This document shows positions 1-10,300 of a stretch of 32,000 nt of DNA, in pieces. The position numbers and the translations under genes are program-made. This DNA comes from Synechocystis sp. PCC 6803 substr. PCC-P (GTDB taxonomy: Bacteria > Cyanobacteriota > Cyanobacteriia > Cyanobacteriales > Microcystaceae). The notes below the pieces were generated by a model, which saw nothing but the letters and a program-made list of their open reading frames with translations, was not told the DNA's origin and did not search any database. The DNA is taken from NCBI RefSeq assembly GCF_000284455.1, contig NC_017039.1, positions 2,310,001 through 2,342,000 on the forward strand, written 5' to 3'. Each line of letters begins with the position of its first letter. The stretch's first letter is position 1.

Positions 1-321
1 GTCATAAACAATAATGTCATCAATGATTCCCCCTTGGGCATTCAACAACACAGTGTACTGGGCTTTACCGGGAGTTAAACGGTCTAAATCTGAAGGCACT
101 AAACTTTGCAATGCTGCCAAAACCTTCTGTCCAGTCAGGACAAACTTCCCCATATGGGAAATATCAAACATCCCCACCTTTTCCCGCACCGCTTGGTGTT
201 CCTGTTTTAGCCCAGCAAATTGTACCGGCATTTCCCAACCCCCAAAGGTTGTGAGCTTGGTAGTTTGTTCCGTAATGAGGTTGTAAAGGGGAGTACGCAA
301 GGCAGGGAAAAGATTGGCCAC
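1..321 (-). CDS. gcvT: Aminomethyltransferase (glycine cleavage system T protein), first 107 codons. The gene runs off the left edge of the window.
   Basis: This ORF is not in the supplied track. A hand translation of the minus strand from GTG at 321..319 gives [107 protein letters not shown]. The frame is open to position 1. The motifs GWEMPVQF and [11 protein letters not shown] are typical of GcvT N-termini. Confidence 0.75.
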   Translation of the reverse strand, partial: MANLFPALRTPLYNLITEQTTKLTTFGGWEMPVQFAGLKQEHQAVREKVGMFDISHMGKFVLTGQKVLAALQSLVPSDLDRLTPGKAQYTVLLNAQGGIIDDIIVYD

Positions 322-384
322 AATGGTTCCAGGAATCAAAAATCAAAGAAATCAGCAAGTCCTTTCTGCATAATAGATTTTTCC

Positions 385-423
385 TAAAAAAAGCACAAAA
401 AATCCCCCTGGTTAAAGGAGGAT
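385..423 (-). terminator. Candidate rho-independent terminator downstream of dnaK
   Basis: On the minus strand, ATCCTCCT-TTAACC-AGGGGGAT (402..423, 7 of 8 bp stem) is followed by TTTTTTGTGCTTTTTTT (385..401). It lies about 70 nt past the dnaK stop codon. Confidence 0.4.
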
Positions 424-489
424 TATCGAATCTGATTCCCCCAGTATTGGGGGCTAGGGGACTTTCAATACAGGTTTTAAAACCCAGAC

Positions 490-2400
490 CTATTTCTCCG
501 GCTCAGAGAATTCCGCATCGATGACATCATCGCCACCGCCACTGCTAGTTCCCGCTTCAGGGCCAGCACCGGGAGCGCCTACCCCAGCCTCTGCTCCAGC
601 CTGTTGGTACATATTGGAACCAATGCTGTAGAGAACCTGTTGTAGTTCCGGCATCACCGTTTGGATTTTGGCATCATCTTCCTGGGCTACAGCTTCCTTC
701 AGGTCTTTGATTAAACCTTCCGCTTTGATTTTATCAGCGGCGGGCACTTTATCGCCCAACTCGGTGATTTGTTTTTCCGCTTGGTAAACGAGGGAATCCG
801 CTTGGTTTTTGCGGTCAATTTTCTCCCGACGTTCTTTGTCAGCGGCGGCGTTGGATTCAGCTTCCTTCACCATCCGGTCTACTTCCGTATCAGGCAGGGT
901 GGAAGCCCCGGTGATGCTGATGGACTGCTCCTTGCCCGTACCCCGGTCTTTAGCAGTGACATTCAAAATACCGTTGGCATCAATATCGAAAGTAACTTCG
1001 ATTTGAGGTACGCCCCGGGGAGCAGGGGGGATACCATCTAAGCGGAAGGTTCCCAAGCTCTTATTGTCATTGGCCATTTCCCGTTCCCCTTGGAGCACAT
1101 GGATTTCCACGTTGCTTTGACCGTCCACAGCGGTGGAGAAGGTTTCAGATTTTTTGGTGGGGATGGTGGTGTTGCGGGGAATGATTTTGGTCATGACGCC
1201 CCCTAGGGTTTCTACGCCCAAGGAGAGGGGAGAAACATCCAGGAGCAGAATGTCTTTGACTTCCCCAGAAAGTACACCCCCTTGGATAGCAGCTCCGACG
1301 GCCACTACTTCATCGGGGTTAACTCCTTGGTTGGGATCTTTGCCAAGAATTTTCTTTACCACTTCTTGCACGGCGGGAATCCGGGTGGAACCGCCAACAA
1401 GAACGATTTCATCCAGGGCAGATTTATCGATTTTGGCATCCCGAATGGCATTTTCCACGGGAATACCACAACGATCAATCAGGTCGGAGCAAATTTCTTC
1501 AAACTTGGCCCGGGACAGGGTGGTGTCTAGATGTTTAGGCCCATCCTGGGTGGCAGTGATGAAGGGCAGGTTAATTTCCGTTTGGCTCACGCCGGAAAGT
1601 TCGATTTTGGCTTTTTCGGCCGCTTCGGTTAACCGTTGTAGAGCTTGCTTATCCTTACGGAGGTCGATGCCCTCGGCCTTCTGGAATTCACCGGCCAGGA
1701 AATCGACAATTTTTTTGTCGAAGTCGTCCCCTCCCAGATGGGTATCCCCAGAGGTGGCTAATACTTCAAATACCCCTTCCCCTACTTCGAGGATGGAGAC
1801 GTCAAAAGTACCGCCCCCTAGGTCAAACACCAGAATGGTTTCGTTATCCTTTTTATCCAGACCGTAGGCTAGGGAGGCAGCGGTGGGCTCGTTAATAATT
1901 CTCAGGACTTCGATCCCGGCGATTTTACCCGCATCTTTGGTGGCTTGCCGTTGGGAGTCGTTAAAGTAGGCAGGAACGGTGATGACGGCTTGGGTAACGG
2001 TCTCCCCTAGGTACTTGCTGGCATCGTCCACCAATTTCCGCAGCACTTGGGCAGAAATTTCTTCCGGGGCAAACTGTTTTCCTTGGGCTGGGCAATCTAG
2101 TTTCACATTGCCGTTGCCGTCTTTAACTACGCTGTAGGCAACTTCGGTGGCTTCATTGGTAATTTCATCAAATTTACGACCAATGAATCGTTTGACAGAA
2201 TAAAAAGTATTGCCCGGGTTCATCACCGCTTGACGCTTGGCAATTTGCCCCACTAGGCGATCGCCATTTTTGGCATAACCAACCACCGATGGGGTCGTGC
2301 GAAAACCTTCTGCATTGGCGATAACAGTGGGTTTACCCCCTTCCATTACAGCCACACAGGAATTGGTAGTACCGAGGTCAATCCCAACAACTTTTCCCAT
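490..2400 (-). CDS. dnaK: Hsp70 chaperone DnaK (the DnaK2-type paralogue, judged from its neighbours)
   Basis: 636-aa ORF with an ATG start. Canonical Hsp70 signatures are present: [39 protein letters not shown]. Confidence 0.97.
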   Translation of the reverse strand: MGKVVGIDLGTTNSCVAVMEGGKPTVIANAEGFRTTPSVVGYAKNGDRLVGQIAKRQAVMNPGNTFYSVKRFIGRKFDEITNEATEVAYSVVKDGNGNVKLDCPAQGKQFAPEEISAQVLRKLVDDASKYLGETVTQAVITVPAYFNDSQRQATKDAGKIAGIEVLRIINEPTAASLAYGLDKKDNETILVFDLGGGTFDVSILEVGEGVFEVLATSGDTHLGGDDFDKKIVDFLAGEFQKAEGIDLRKDKQALQRLTEAAEKAKIELSGVSQTEINLPFITATQDGPKHLDTTLSRAKFEEICSDLIDRCGIPVENAIRDAKIDKSALDEIVLVGGSTRIPAVQEVVKKILGKDPNQGVNPDEVVAVGAAIQGGVLSGEVKDILLLDVSPLSLGVETLGGVMTKIIPRNTTIPTKKSETFSTAVDGQSNVEIHVLQGEREMANDNKSLGTFRLDGIPPAPRGVPQIEVTFDIDANGILNVTAKDRGTGKEQSISITGASTLPDTEVDRMVKEAESNAAADKERREKIDRKNQADSLVYQAEKQITELGDKVPAADKIKAEGLIKDLKEAVAQEDDAKIQTVMPELQQVLYSIGSNMYQQAGAEAGVGAPGAGPEAGTSSGGGDDVIDAEFSEPEK

Positions 2401-2605
2401 AATTTTAATTAACTCCCGTTAACAAGTAAGAATATAAGACACAACGATGGGCCGAAAAGCCATGGTTCCAATCCATTGCCTGGGGCCGACACGTTCACAC
2501 TCTTATAGTGACGGTAGGGGCTTAGTTCTCGGAAGTGCAGGTTTCCGTACCTATGGGGGCATCTAGCCGTATGCCATTGGTCAAAAGGGGAGTTAACGCC
2601 ACGCA

Positions 2606-4750
2606 CTAACGGGGGCCATTTACCACTTGTATTTGGTCAATTTTCCAAACCCCTTGGTGTCGTACTAGCTGATAGCGCACAGTCAAGTCATCTTTGGTGG
2701 CGGAGCCCTTCTGCTGTTGATTACCTAGGGTAAAGGGCTGGCTAATTTCTTCTACCCGGGCAGTAACGGTGGCTCGGTTGGGGTCTTGGGGGTTAACTTG
2801 ATAGGCTAAAATCTGCAACTTGTGTTCGTATTGGTGATAGACCTTTTGGGCTTGATCCCGTTGGGCCCGACCCCGTTGTTGGGCAAGGAGATTGGGGGCT
2901 AAAACACTCTGCAATGCCCCGACATCGTAGTTTTGGCCAAAGGCTAACTTTTTACTATCAAGCCAGCCTTGTACTACCATCTGACCCACTTGCTGATTGA
3001 AGTTGGGTTGACTGAGAATCAAATTCCGGCTCGTGGCTTCATCGGGGATAAATTCTGAAGGTTGGTCCAGGAAAACATCTAGGGGGTCTTCTAGCAACCC
3101 ACCTAGGGGATCGCCAGTACGATTGATAATTAGGGCAGTTGCCCCCCCCACAATGCCTGCTAGGCAAAGCAGAAAAATGCCGAAGCGCACCGGCTTGATG
3201 GTCACCCGTTTTTTGCGTCGCCGGGGAGATTTATGTTTACTGGTGGATTCTGGGGCGGAGTTACTGGAAAAACCGTTGCTAGTGCTATCCCCGCCAATAC
3301 CGTTGGTGCCCAAGGAGTGGGTGTCGTAGGCGATCGCCGGAGATAGGGTGGTGACGGCCAAACCACTGGAATTGTCGGCGCTGGGGAAAACATCGTCTCG
3401 GGAACGTCTTGGACTGCGTCCCCGTCGTGAGGGAACGGTGGAGGTCAAAGGGCGATCGGGAAGGGCGGCGGAACTATGTACCATGGGAGTTTCCGATTCC
3501 GTTGCGGTGCTAAGGAGGGCAGGGGAGGCAAAAGAATTGTCAGTGGTGAAGGAATCCGGCTCTAGTTGTTCTAGATACTGCTGAACGGAGGGATTATTGA
3601 AATAGGCCTTGGGGGAAAGGGTCTCCGGAGAAAGATCCCTAAAGTAGGGGACAATTTCTTCCTCTAGCCACTGCTCAGTGAAAGTATAAAAAGCAGTTAA
3701 GGGGTCTTCCCCCGTCGCTAACTTAGATTCGAGGCCAGCTACTATTTTCGGATCTCCCTGGTCGATCGCCGCCAGAACAACTTCCGTTTGACCCAATAAT
3801 AATTCACAAATTACCTTTTCTAGGGCCAAATCTTGACAATTTTCCAACTGTATAATCAAAGATTTTGCTTCGACAATGGCCATGGGGTCCTGTTCCTTCA
3901 CTCCCTCAGCCATCAGACTATGTACTGCCAAATAGCTTGCTACTAAAGATGGCCGTTGACTTTCGGGCAAAAATAGGGCGTTTTGCTCGGCCACTGTGAG
4001 GTGACAGCGTAGTTGGTGGATGAATTTTAGAAAGTCATCATTTCCCAATCCGGAATAATCTTCCCCCTTACCTTCAATGCCGCCCCGGTCCTGCACCATC
4101 GCTTGCAACAGAGCTAGACCCTGCTGACGTTGCTCCTCCCCTTGCCCCTCCTTAGCCAAAAGTTCGAGGATACGGTAGGGTCGCAGACGGTATAGTTCCT
4201 GACGAATTTCTGCTTCCAAGGCGGGGAAGTCATTATCCTGTTGCAACCGAGCTAGGGCCTTAAGACTGGCGGTGGCGGCAAATTCATACTGCTGTTGTTG
4301 CCAACGTTCCCGGCTCAGTTCCCAGTGGGCCAAAATTACCGAAAGCAAATAGTCCTGGGGCAGGCCTCCCGCCGGAGGGTTGGGATCGTGGAGTACTGGC
4401 TCACCATACTTAACCACGAGTTCGTATTCCCCCAAATCCAACAGGATCAACAGGGCTCCAATTTCTTGCTCTGGGCTACATTCCAACTCCGGGGTAGTGA
4501 GGGGTAAGGCCTCCCCCAGGGCTTCATCCATGGCTCCCCACCATTCTTGGTCGTATGCCTGACGTTTTTCCGGATCCCTCAGGGTTTCATAGGCGATCGC
4601 CAGTAATTGATTGCGGAGAGTAACTGCGGCGTCACTAAATTCTCGCCGGGGTAATTGTAAAAGGCGATCTTGGTAGGCCTGCTCAATGGTTTCCCCACCA
4701 CTCTGGGGAGGAATGCCTAAAATACGATAAAAGTCGAGGGGGATAAACAC
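2606..4750 (-). CDS. zipN: Cyanobacterial cell-division protein ZipN/Ftn2 (Arc6 homologue) with an N-terminal J-like domain
   Basis: 714-aa ORF with a GTG start. The N-terminus MFIPLDFYRILGIPPQ...LRDPEKRQAYD is a DnaJ-like domain without an obvious HPD motif. It also has a Ser/Pro/Arg-rich linker, one TM helix (FGIFLLCLAGIVGGATALII) and a C-terminal globular domain. It sits next to dnaK, as I recall for Synechocystis sll0169/sll0170. Confidence 0.8.
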   Translation of the reverse strand: MFIPLDFYRILGIPPQSGGETIEQAYQDRLLQLPRREFSDAAVTLRNQLLAIAYETLRDPEKRQAYDQEWWGAMDEALGEALPLTTPELECSPEQEIGALLILLDLGEYELVVKYGEPVLHDPNPPAGGLPQDYLLSVILAHWELSRERWQQQQYEFAATASLKALARLQQDNDFPALEAEIRQELYRLRPYRILELLAKEGQGEEQRQQGLALLQAMVQDRGGIEGKGEDYSGLGNDDFLKFIHQLRCHLTVAEQNALFLPESQRPSLVASYLAVHSLMAEGVKEQDPMAIVEAKSLIIQLENCQDLALEKVICELLLGQTEVVLAAIDQGDPKIVAGLESKLATGEDPLTAFYTFTEQWLEEEIVPYFRDLSPETLSPKAYFNNPSVQQYLEQLEPDSFTTDNSFASPALLSTATESETPMVHSSAALPDRPLTSTVPSRRGRSPRRSRDDVFPSADNSSGLAVTTLSPAIAYDTHSLGTNGIGGDSTSNGFSSNSAPESTSKHKSPRRRKKRVTIKPVRFGIFLLCLAGIVGGATALIINRTGDPLGGLLEDPLDVFLDQPSEFIPDEATSRNLILSQPNFNQQVGQMVVQGWLDSKKLAFGQNYDVGALQSVLAPNLLAQQRGRAQRDQAQKVYHQYEHKLQILAYQVNPQDPNRATVTARVEEISQPFTLGNQQQKGSATKDDLTVRYQLVRHQGVWKIDQIQVVNGPR

Positions 4751-4937
4751 CGGAAAAAGCCTTGGCAGGACAGGTTCAGTTTAAAAGCTTATGGGGAAAT
4801 AGCACGGAATAGCACTGACGGTTTCTGGGGAGTCGGAAGACATGTTAAAGGCTAATACCATACTATACGACAGCTTTTTTGTGACTAATAATTCCAAAAA
4901 AAACCAAAAACCTGCTTTGCCAGCCTAAATCGCGCCC

Positions 4938-5273
4938 TCAAAACGATTCTAGTCCTCCATCGTCCCCGGGAGCTTGCCAGGTGGCCACCGACCGCAGGCT
5001 AAGGGGAATAACTTCATCACAGGGAAATTCCAGCAGGGTTTCGGATGTCATCAGATAACCAGAATTAAGAAAAAACAGCAATAGTCTCCCCAGGGCTACC
5101 CACACCACTTCGTCGAACTCCCAATCTCGACCCCGCCCGCTGTGACAGGCGATCGCCTGGAGGGCCCAAAAATAATTATTCCGAACAATGGAACCACCTT
5201 TTTTGTAAGCTGGCAAATCTTCAGCGGCAATCACCAGCAAATCCGCCGCCGCTAACCAACATTTCATCAACAC
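4938..5273 (-). CDS. Hypothetical protein (111 aa; alternative ATG start at 5267)
   Basis: ORF of native composition in an otherwise empty gap between two minus-strand genes. It contains a HIP1 site at 5149..5156. I recognise no motif. Confidence 0.45.
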   Translation of the reverse strand: MLMKCWLAAADLLVIAAEDLPAYKKGGSIVRNNYFWALQAIACHSGRGRDWEFDEVVWVALGRLLLFFLNSGYLMTSETLLEFPCDEVIPLSLRSVATWQAPGDDGGLESF

Positions 5274-5361
5274 CTCAACTAAGGAAACAGTGCAACTACG
5301 GAAGATCAGGGAAAAGTAGAGGGAATAAGCTCAATGGTGCTCAAAAATTAACCTAAACAAA

Positions 5362-5856
5362 CTAGAAATCCACCACCGCTTCCACCTTCATGGTGTTGTC
5401 AATGGTAGCCTGACAAACCACCTGGGCTGGGGTGGCCCGACAGTTCCCTGTGGCCTCCGTTAAAGTTTCGTCAACAATGCCATCTTCCGCAGTCCAGAGA
5501 AAAGTACCAATGACATTGTACTGATTGCTATTGATTTTGCCATTGACCAGTATGGGGTCGTCATTGTATTCCAGCACGAAAGAAAAACCCATGACATCGC
5601 CATCGTCGTAGTGGAAATTAATAGTGCCGTCCCCCTCCGTGATGGAAAGCTGATTACAGTCCATGGCCATTTCTTCACTGGGATCGGTGAGTTTGACTGA
5701 ACATTGCTGAGCTGCAAAGGTGGTTTGGCTTTGGACACTTTCTTGAAAAATTGTCTCTTGGCTACGGACGACGGGGGCAAACAGCATCCCCCCCAAGGCG
5801 GCCATGGCCGCCATCAATGGCAATGGAGAGGCAAGGTCACGGATTTTGGTAAACAT
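5362..5856 (-). CDS. Hypothetical secreted or periplasmic protein (164 aa)
   Basis: Signal-peptide-like N-terminus: MFTKIRDLASPLPLMAAMAALGGMLFAPVVRSQ. Four Cys residues. The start overlaps the end of the upstream cobA-hemD gene by 20 nt. Confidence 0.6.
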   Translation of the reverse strand: MFTKIRDLASPLPLMAAMAALGGMLFAPVVRSQETIFQESVQSQTTFAAQQCSVKLTDPSEEMAMDCNQLSITEGDGTINFHYDDGDVMGFSFVLEYNDDPILVNGKINSNQYNVIGTFLWTAEDGIVDETLTEATGNCRATPAQVVCQATIDNTMKVEAVVDF

Positions 5857-7372
5857 AATTAGTAATGGCCCCGGTTAGGCCTTCTAGGGTGTACTCCGTT
5901 GCTTCAATGTCCACCCGACCCAATTCCCGTAAACAGCGTTCGGAAGTTTGGGGGCCAATGGAAGCGATTTGGCAATGGTTAATTAGGGAACGCCAATCTT
6001 GGTAACCGTTAGCTTGGCTAGTCTGGGCCAACAGTTGCCGAAAATGGCTGACGGTTTTGGAACTGGCAAAGGTGATCACATCCACCGTTTGATTAACGAT
6101 ACTTTGCCACACTTCTTCGGGCATATGGCCAGGGCAGGCGGATTGATAGGAGGGGACTTCCGTAACCAAGGCTTGTTTTTGGCTCAATTCTTGGACTAAT
6201 TGGGCCCGGCCACCACTTTCCACCCGGGGAAAAAGTATTTTTAGTCCTGCTGGGGAGTGGGGAAAATGTTCCACCAGGGCATCGGCAATGAAATCCGGGG
6301 GAATGAAATCTGGCTTGAGACCAAATTTTTCTAGGCTTTGGGCGGTCTTTTTGCCCACTACCGCCAACTTTAATCCCGCCAGGGCCCTACTGTCCAAACC
6401 GTGGTGTTGCAATCTTTGAAAAAAGAACTCCACCCCATTGGCGGAAGTCAGAATTAGCCAGTCAAAATCCCCCAACTTGGCGATCGCCTGGTCGAGGGGT
6501 TGCCAGTCCTTGGGGGGCACAATTTCCAGGGCAGCCATGGCTAAGACGGTGGCCCCTTGCTGGTGCAAAAGCTCGGTAAACTGGCTCGCTTGGTCGGCGG
6601 CCCTGGTAACCAGAATAGTTTTTTCGGTCAGGGGCAGGGGAGGCAAGGCGGGAATAATCCTTTGACTAACAACATCTCCAATGACAATTACCGCTGGGGC
6701 GAGGGACTGTCCTTGGGTTTTTTCCACCATATCAGCTAGGGTTCCTTCCCAGGTTTGCTGTTCCGGTCTGCCGGCATTTTTAATCACTGCCATGGGGGTG
6801 TGGGGAGATTTACCTGCTCGGACTAACTCATTGACCAACAACGACAAATTTTTGGTCCCCATGAGAATTACCAAAGTGGGCAATTGGGCCAGGGCAGGCC
6901 AAGGCCAACGGTGGGGATCATGGCCGTCCATGACAAAAAAACCCGCCCCGCTATCTTTGGCTGTGAGGGGAATGCTTGCTAGTCCTGCCCCGGCGATCGC
7001 CGAGGAAATTCCTGGTACTACTTCATAGGCACAATGGTGGGTCACTAGGGTTGCCAATTCCGGCATAATGCGGCCAAAAATCCAGGGATCACCGCTTTTC
7101 AGCCGTACTACCTGTTTGCCCCGTCGGTAATGGTCCACCAATAACTGATTAATTTTGGCCTGGGGAGTGCTGGGTTGTCCCCCCCGTTTGCCGACGAAAA
7201 TTCGCTCACAATCTGGCGGCAGGAGATCAAAAAGCTCCTGGGACACCAAGGCGTCATAAATTACCACATTTGCCCTACCCAACACGGCGATCGCCCTTTG
7301 AGTCAGGTAGGCCACGGGCCCCAAGCCAGCCCCCATCAGATAAACTTTGGCTCTGGAATCTGTACTTAGCAT
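5837..7372 (-). CDS. cobA: Bifunctional uroporphyrinogen-III C-methyltransferase / uroporphyrinogen-III synthase (CobA-HemD fusion)
   Basis: The N-terminal half has SUMT motifs: VYLMGAGLGPVAYLTQRA, VVIYDALV, RLKSGDPWIFGR. The C-terminal half (ILVTRAADQ...LTSANGVEFF...ASIGPQT) resembles HemD. I prefer the ATG at 7372 (MLSTDSRAKVY...). The track's longer start at 7498 would overlap the upstream WD40 gene by 118 nt. Confidence 0.85.
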   Translation of the reverse strand: MLSTDSRAKVYLMGAGLGPVAYLTQRAIAVLGRANVVIYDALVSQELFDLLPPDCERIFVGKRGGQPSTPQAKINQLLVDHYRRGKQVVRLKSGDPWIFGRIMPELATLVTHHCAYEVVPGISSAIAGAGLASIPLTAKDSGAGFFVMDGHDPHRWPWPALAQLPTLVILMGTKNLSLLVNELVRAGKSPHTPMAVIKNAGRPEQQTWEGTLADMVEKTQGQSLAPAVIVIGDVVSQRIIPALPPLPLTEKTILVTRAADQASQFTELLHQQGATVLAMAALEIVPPKDWQPLDQAIAKLGDFDWLILTSANGVEFFFQRLQHHGLDSRALAGLKLAVVGKKTAQSLEKFGLKPDFIPPDFIADALVEHFPHSPAGLKILFPRVESGGRAQLVQELSQKQALVTEVPSYQSACPGHMPEEVWQSIVNQTVDVITFASSKTVSHFRQLLAQTSQANGYQDWRSLINHCQIASIGPQTSERCLRELGRVDIEATEYTLEGLTGAITNYVYQNP

Positions 7373-7380
7373 TGTAAAAA

Positions 7381-10300
7381 TTAGGTTACTTTCGCGCCGG
7401 GGCGATCGGCCGGGGACACCAAGGCATTGTGGGTGAGGTAGTTTTTCAGCCATTGTCCACCCTGGCTCAGGAGTTGGGGCAACGTTTTCACCGGCCAAAG
7501 CTTGGCCGTACCATCGGCGGAGGACGTTAAAACCCAGCGACCATCAGGACTAAATTCTGCTGACCGGACCCAATTGCCATGGCCCTCCAGGGTGAGCAAC
7601 TCCCTTCCCGAAAGGTCCCAAAGCCTCGCAGTGCCATCGTTGGAAGCCGTGACGAGCATTTGTCCGTCAGGACTCCAATCCACAGTACCCACCAAACCTT
7701 GATGGCCGTATAGTACCGCTACCGTTTTACCACTGCGGTCCCAAAGCCTAGCGGTATGGTCGGCGGAGACGGTGGCGATCAAATTTCCCTCGGGGCTAAA
7801 TCTGGCCTGGTAAACAATACTTTGATGGCCAGCTAAGGTTAATAGGGGGCGACCAAGGAAATCCCAGATCCGGGCGGTGTTATCCACGGAGGCTGTCAGT
7901 ATGTAACGACTGTCGGCACTAAATTGAGCAAAATACACTGGTCCTTCATGGCCCCGGCATATGCCCACCTCCCGGCCGACAATTTCCCAGATGCCTGCAG
8001 TATTGTCATCCGACGCGGTAACAATGAATTGGCCGTCGGCACTAAACTCCGCCGCAAAAATATTTTTTTCGTAGTGCCTCAACACCGCTAATTCCCGGCC
8101 GGTATTATTCCAAACCCGTGCGGTGCCGTCTTTGCTGGCGGTGACAATGTATTGGCTATCGGGACTAAATCTCACATTCAACACCGCGTCCTGGTGCCCC
8201 CGCAGAACAGTCAATTTTTTGCCCAGTACATTCCAAAGTTGGGCAGTTTTATCCGCCGATCCAGTGACAATCCATTGGCCGTCCGGGCTAAATTGACCTT
8301 CCCGCACCCAGCCTTGGTGATCTGCTAACACGGCAACGCATTCCCCCTCTGTGGTCCAGAGACGGGCCGTTTTATCCCTGGAAACAGTCAACAGGCGATC
8401 GCCTTTGGGATTGAAATGGGCATTGCGTACCCAATGGCTGTGGCCAGTGAGGGTGATGGTATCTTTTTGGGAAATGTCCCATTGACGGGCGGTTTGGTCG
8501 GCGGAGACGGTGAAAACAAAGCGACCATCAGCACTAAAATCAGCGTCGTAAACTTCTTTTTGGTGGCCCCGCAGAATGGTGAGCAAAGTGCCTTCCTTAG
8601 TCCAAAGTCGGGCCGTATTGTCGGTGGAATAGGTGACAATTTTTTGGCCGTCAAGACTGAAACGGGCTCCATGGATATTGTGGTCATGGCCCCGGAGGGT
8701 GCCCAAGCATTTGCCATGGCGACTCCAAACCCTAGCGGTGCCGTCACTAGAAGACGTGATGATGTGCTGGCCATCGGGACTCCAAAGGGCATTGTTAACC
8801 CAGTTTTGGTGCCCTTTTAAAACAGCAAAACATTGACTACTCAGATCCCACAACCGGGCAGTGCCATCGGCAGAACAGGTCACAATCCATTGGCCATCGG
8901 GGCTAAATTGGGCATTGCGGACCCAACTGGTATGCCCCTGGCAGAGGCCAATTTCCCGACCTTCTAGATCCCATAACCGAGCCGTGCCATCCCGCGAGGC
9001 AGTGAGTAAAATCTGTCCATGGCAATTGAATTCAGCATTGCGGACCCAGTCGGCGTGGCCCTGGCAGAGGGTGAGTTGTTCCCCAGCAAAATTCCAAATG
9101 CGTGCAGTGTTATCTTGACCACTAGTAACTAAAAACTGATGATGGGGACTAAAATGCACACTCCTCACCCAGTCTTCGTGGCCCCTGAGGGTTGCAACTT
9201 CTTCCCCATGGCGTTGCCAAAGTTTAACGGTGTGGTCGGCAGAAGCGGTGGCAAAGTATTGACCATCGGCACTCCAGTCCAATGCCGTAATGGCTTCTTG
9301 ATGTCCCCGCAAAACGTTAATCAGTTCGCCGTGAAAAGACCAAAGGTAAGCGATGCCATTGGTGGTGGCGGTGAGCACTAAGGGGGGAGTGTTTTCCATG
9401 GAAGGGCTAATGCGCAGAACCGTAACAGGCCCCTCATGGTGGCAACGGTTACATTCATTAATCCGAGCCAAAATGCTGTGGAGAGAAAGCCAGGGAGCCA
9501 GGCTGGGATATTGCACCAGAGGGGTTTCCGGTGTGACTAATTTTTGTAAATCCTGCCCAGTTTTGACCGCCGCCAGCAGAGCCTCTAGGGGATAGACGAG
9601 AAATTGTTTGAGAATAAACTGGCATTGCTTTTCCAGGTTGATCCCAGCCACTAATTTTTGGTATTGCAATTGGGCCGCTTTCAATTTTTGGGCGACCACC
9701 TGTTCCTCTGCACTGGAGCCGGCCTCCAACTCTGCGATCAAATCCTCGTTGCCCTGTTGGCGATCGCCAGGGGATGGGGCGATTAAATTAGGATTGGATT
9801 TACTACCGCGGCGGCCAGCATTAATCAGTGCGGGGGTAGAAATAACGGCACTTTTCCCCTGGAGAGCATGGGCTAAATGAGTCGTACTGAGACGGTAATA
9901 GGGTAATGTGGCCTGGGAAATCACAATGATTAATCTGCCCCGGAGCAATAGGGTCAGCAGTAACTGCAATTGCTGAATGTCTTCTTGGGCAAACTCCGGC
10001 GGGTTATCCGCGGCCGGTTCAGGGGCAGAATAGAGCGCGGCTAGTAACTGATATTCGGTTTTGAGACAAAGAGCTTGCTGTCCATCGGCCAGGCTTTTGA
10101 GTAACTGCAAGGCCTTTTTGAGCAGATGGGGGGGTAAAAAAGCCAAATAGGTTTGCACAGCCAAGGTCAACCATTCATCTAACTTTTTACCCTGGTAATC
10201 CGCTGACTTAGTTACCTGCTCCTGTTCCAAAACGGTTCCCAACAGTTGCAAATCAATGGGATGGAGCCAGGGCTGCTGTTCTCCATTGCCTTCCATGGCT

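Noticed and set aside
769-1867. Plus-strand ORFs of 65-244 aa (for example 1133..1867) antisense to dnaK
   Set aside because: They lie entirely inside the strongly supported dnaK CDS. Their products are low-complexity and Ser/Pro/Arg-rich, which is typical of antisense frames of a GC3-biased gene.
2401-2605. Possible heat-shock regulatory element (CIRCE) or structured leader upstream of dnaK
   Set aside because: No TTAGCACTC-N9-GAGTGCTAA is present. I found only a weak long-range complementarity (AACTCCC at about 2410 with GGGAGTT at about 2588), which I cannot evaluate by eye.
4751-4937. Intergenic regions (also 21674..21867 and 26277..26461) scanned for tRNA-like or other RNA genes
   Set aside because: I saw no T-arm (GGTTCGAAT-like) sequence, no cloverleaf-compatible sequence and no rRNA-like segment.
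7373-7498. N-terminal extension of the cobA-hemD ORF from the start at 7498 (MAGENVAPTPEPGW...)
   Set aside because: It would overlap the 3' end of the WD40 gene by 118 nt. The SUMT homology begins just after the internal ATG at 7372.
7502-9381. A series of plus-strand ORFs and one minus-strand alternate-frame ORF (for example 8416..8820 and 8388..8792) with internally repetitive peptides. The 123-bp periodicity could also be mistaken for a CRISPR-like or satellite array.
   Set aside because: The periodicity is fully explained by the 41-aa WD40 units of the 1693-aa CDS. The units are degenerate rather than identical repeats with unique spacers. The other-frame ORFs are shadows of the repeat.
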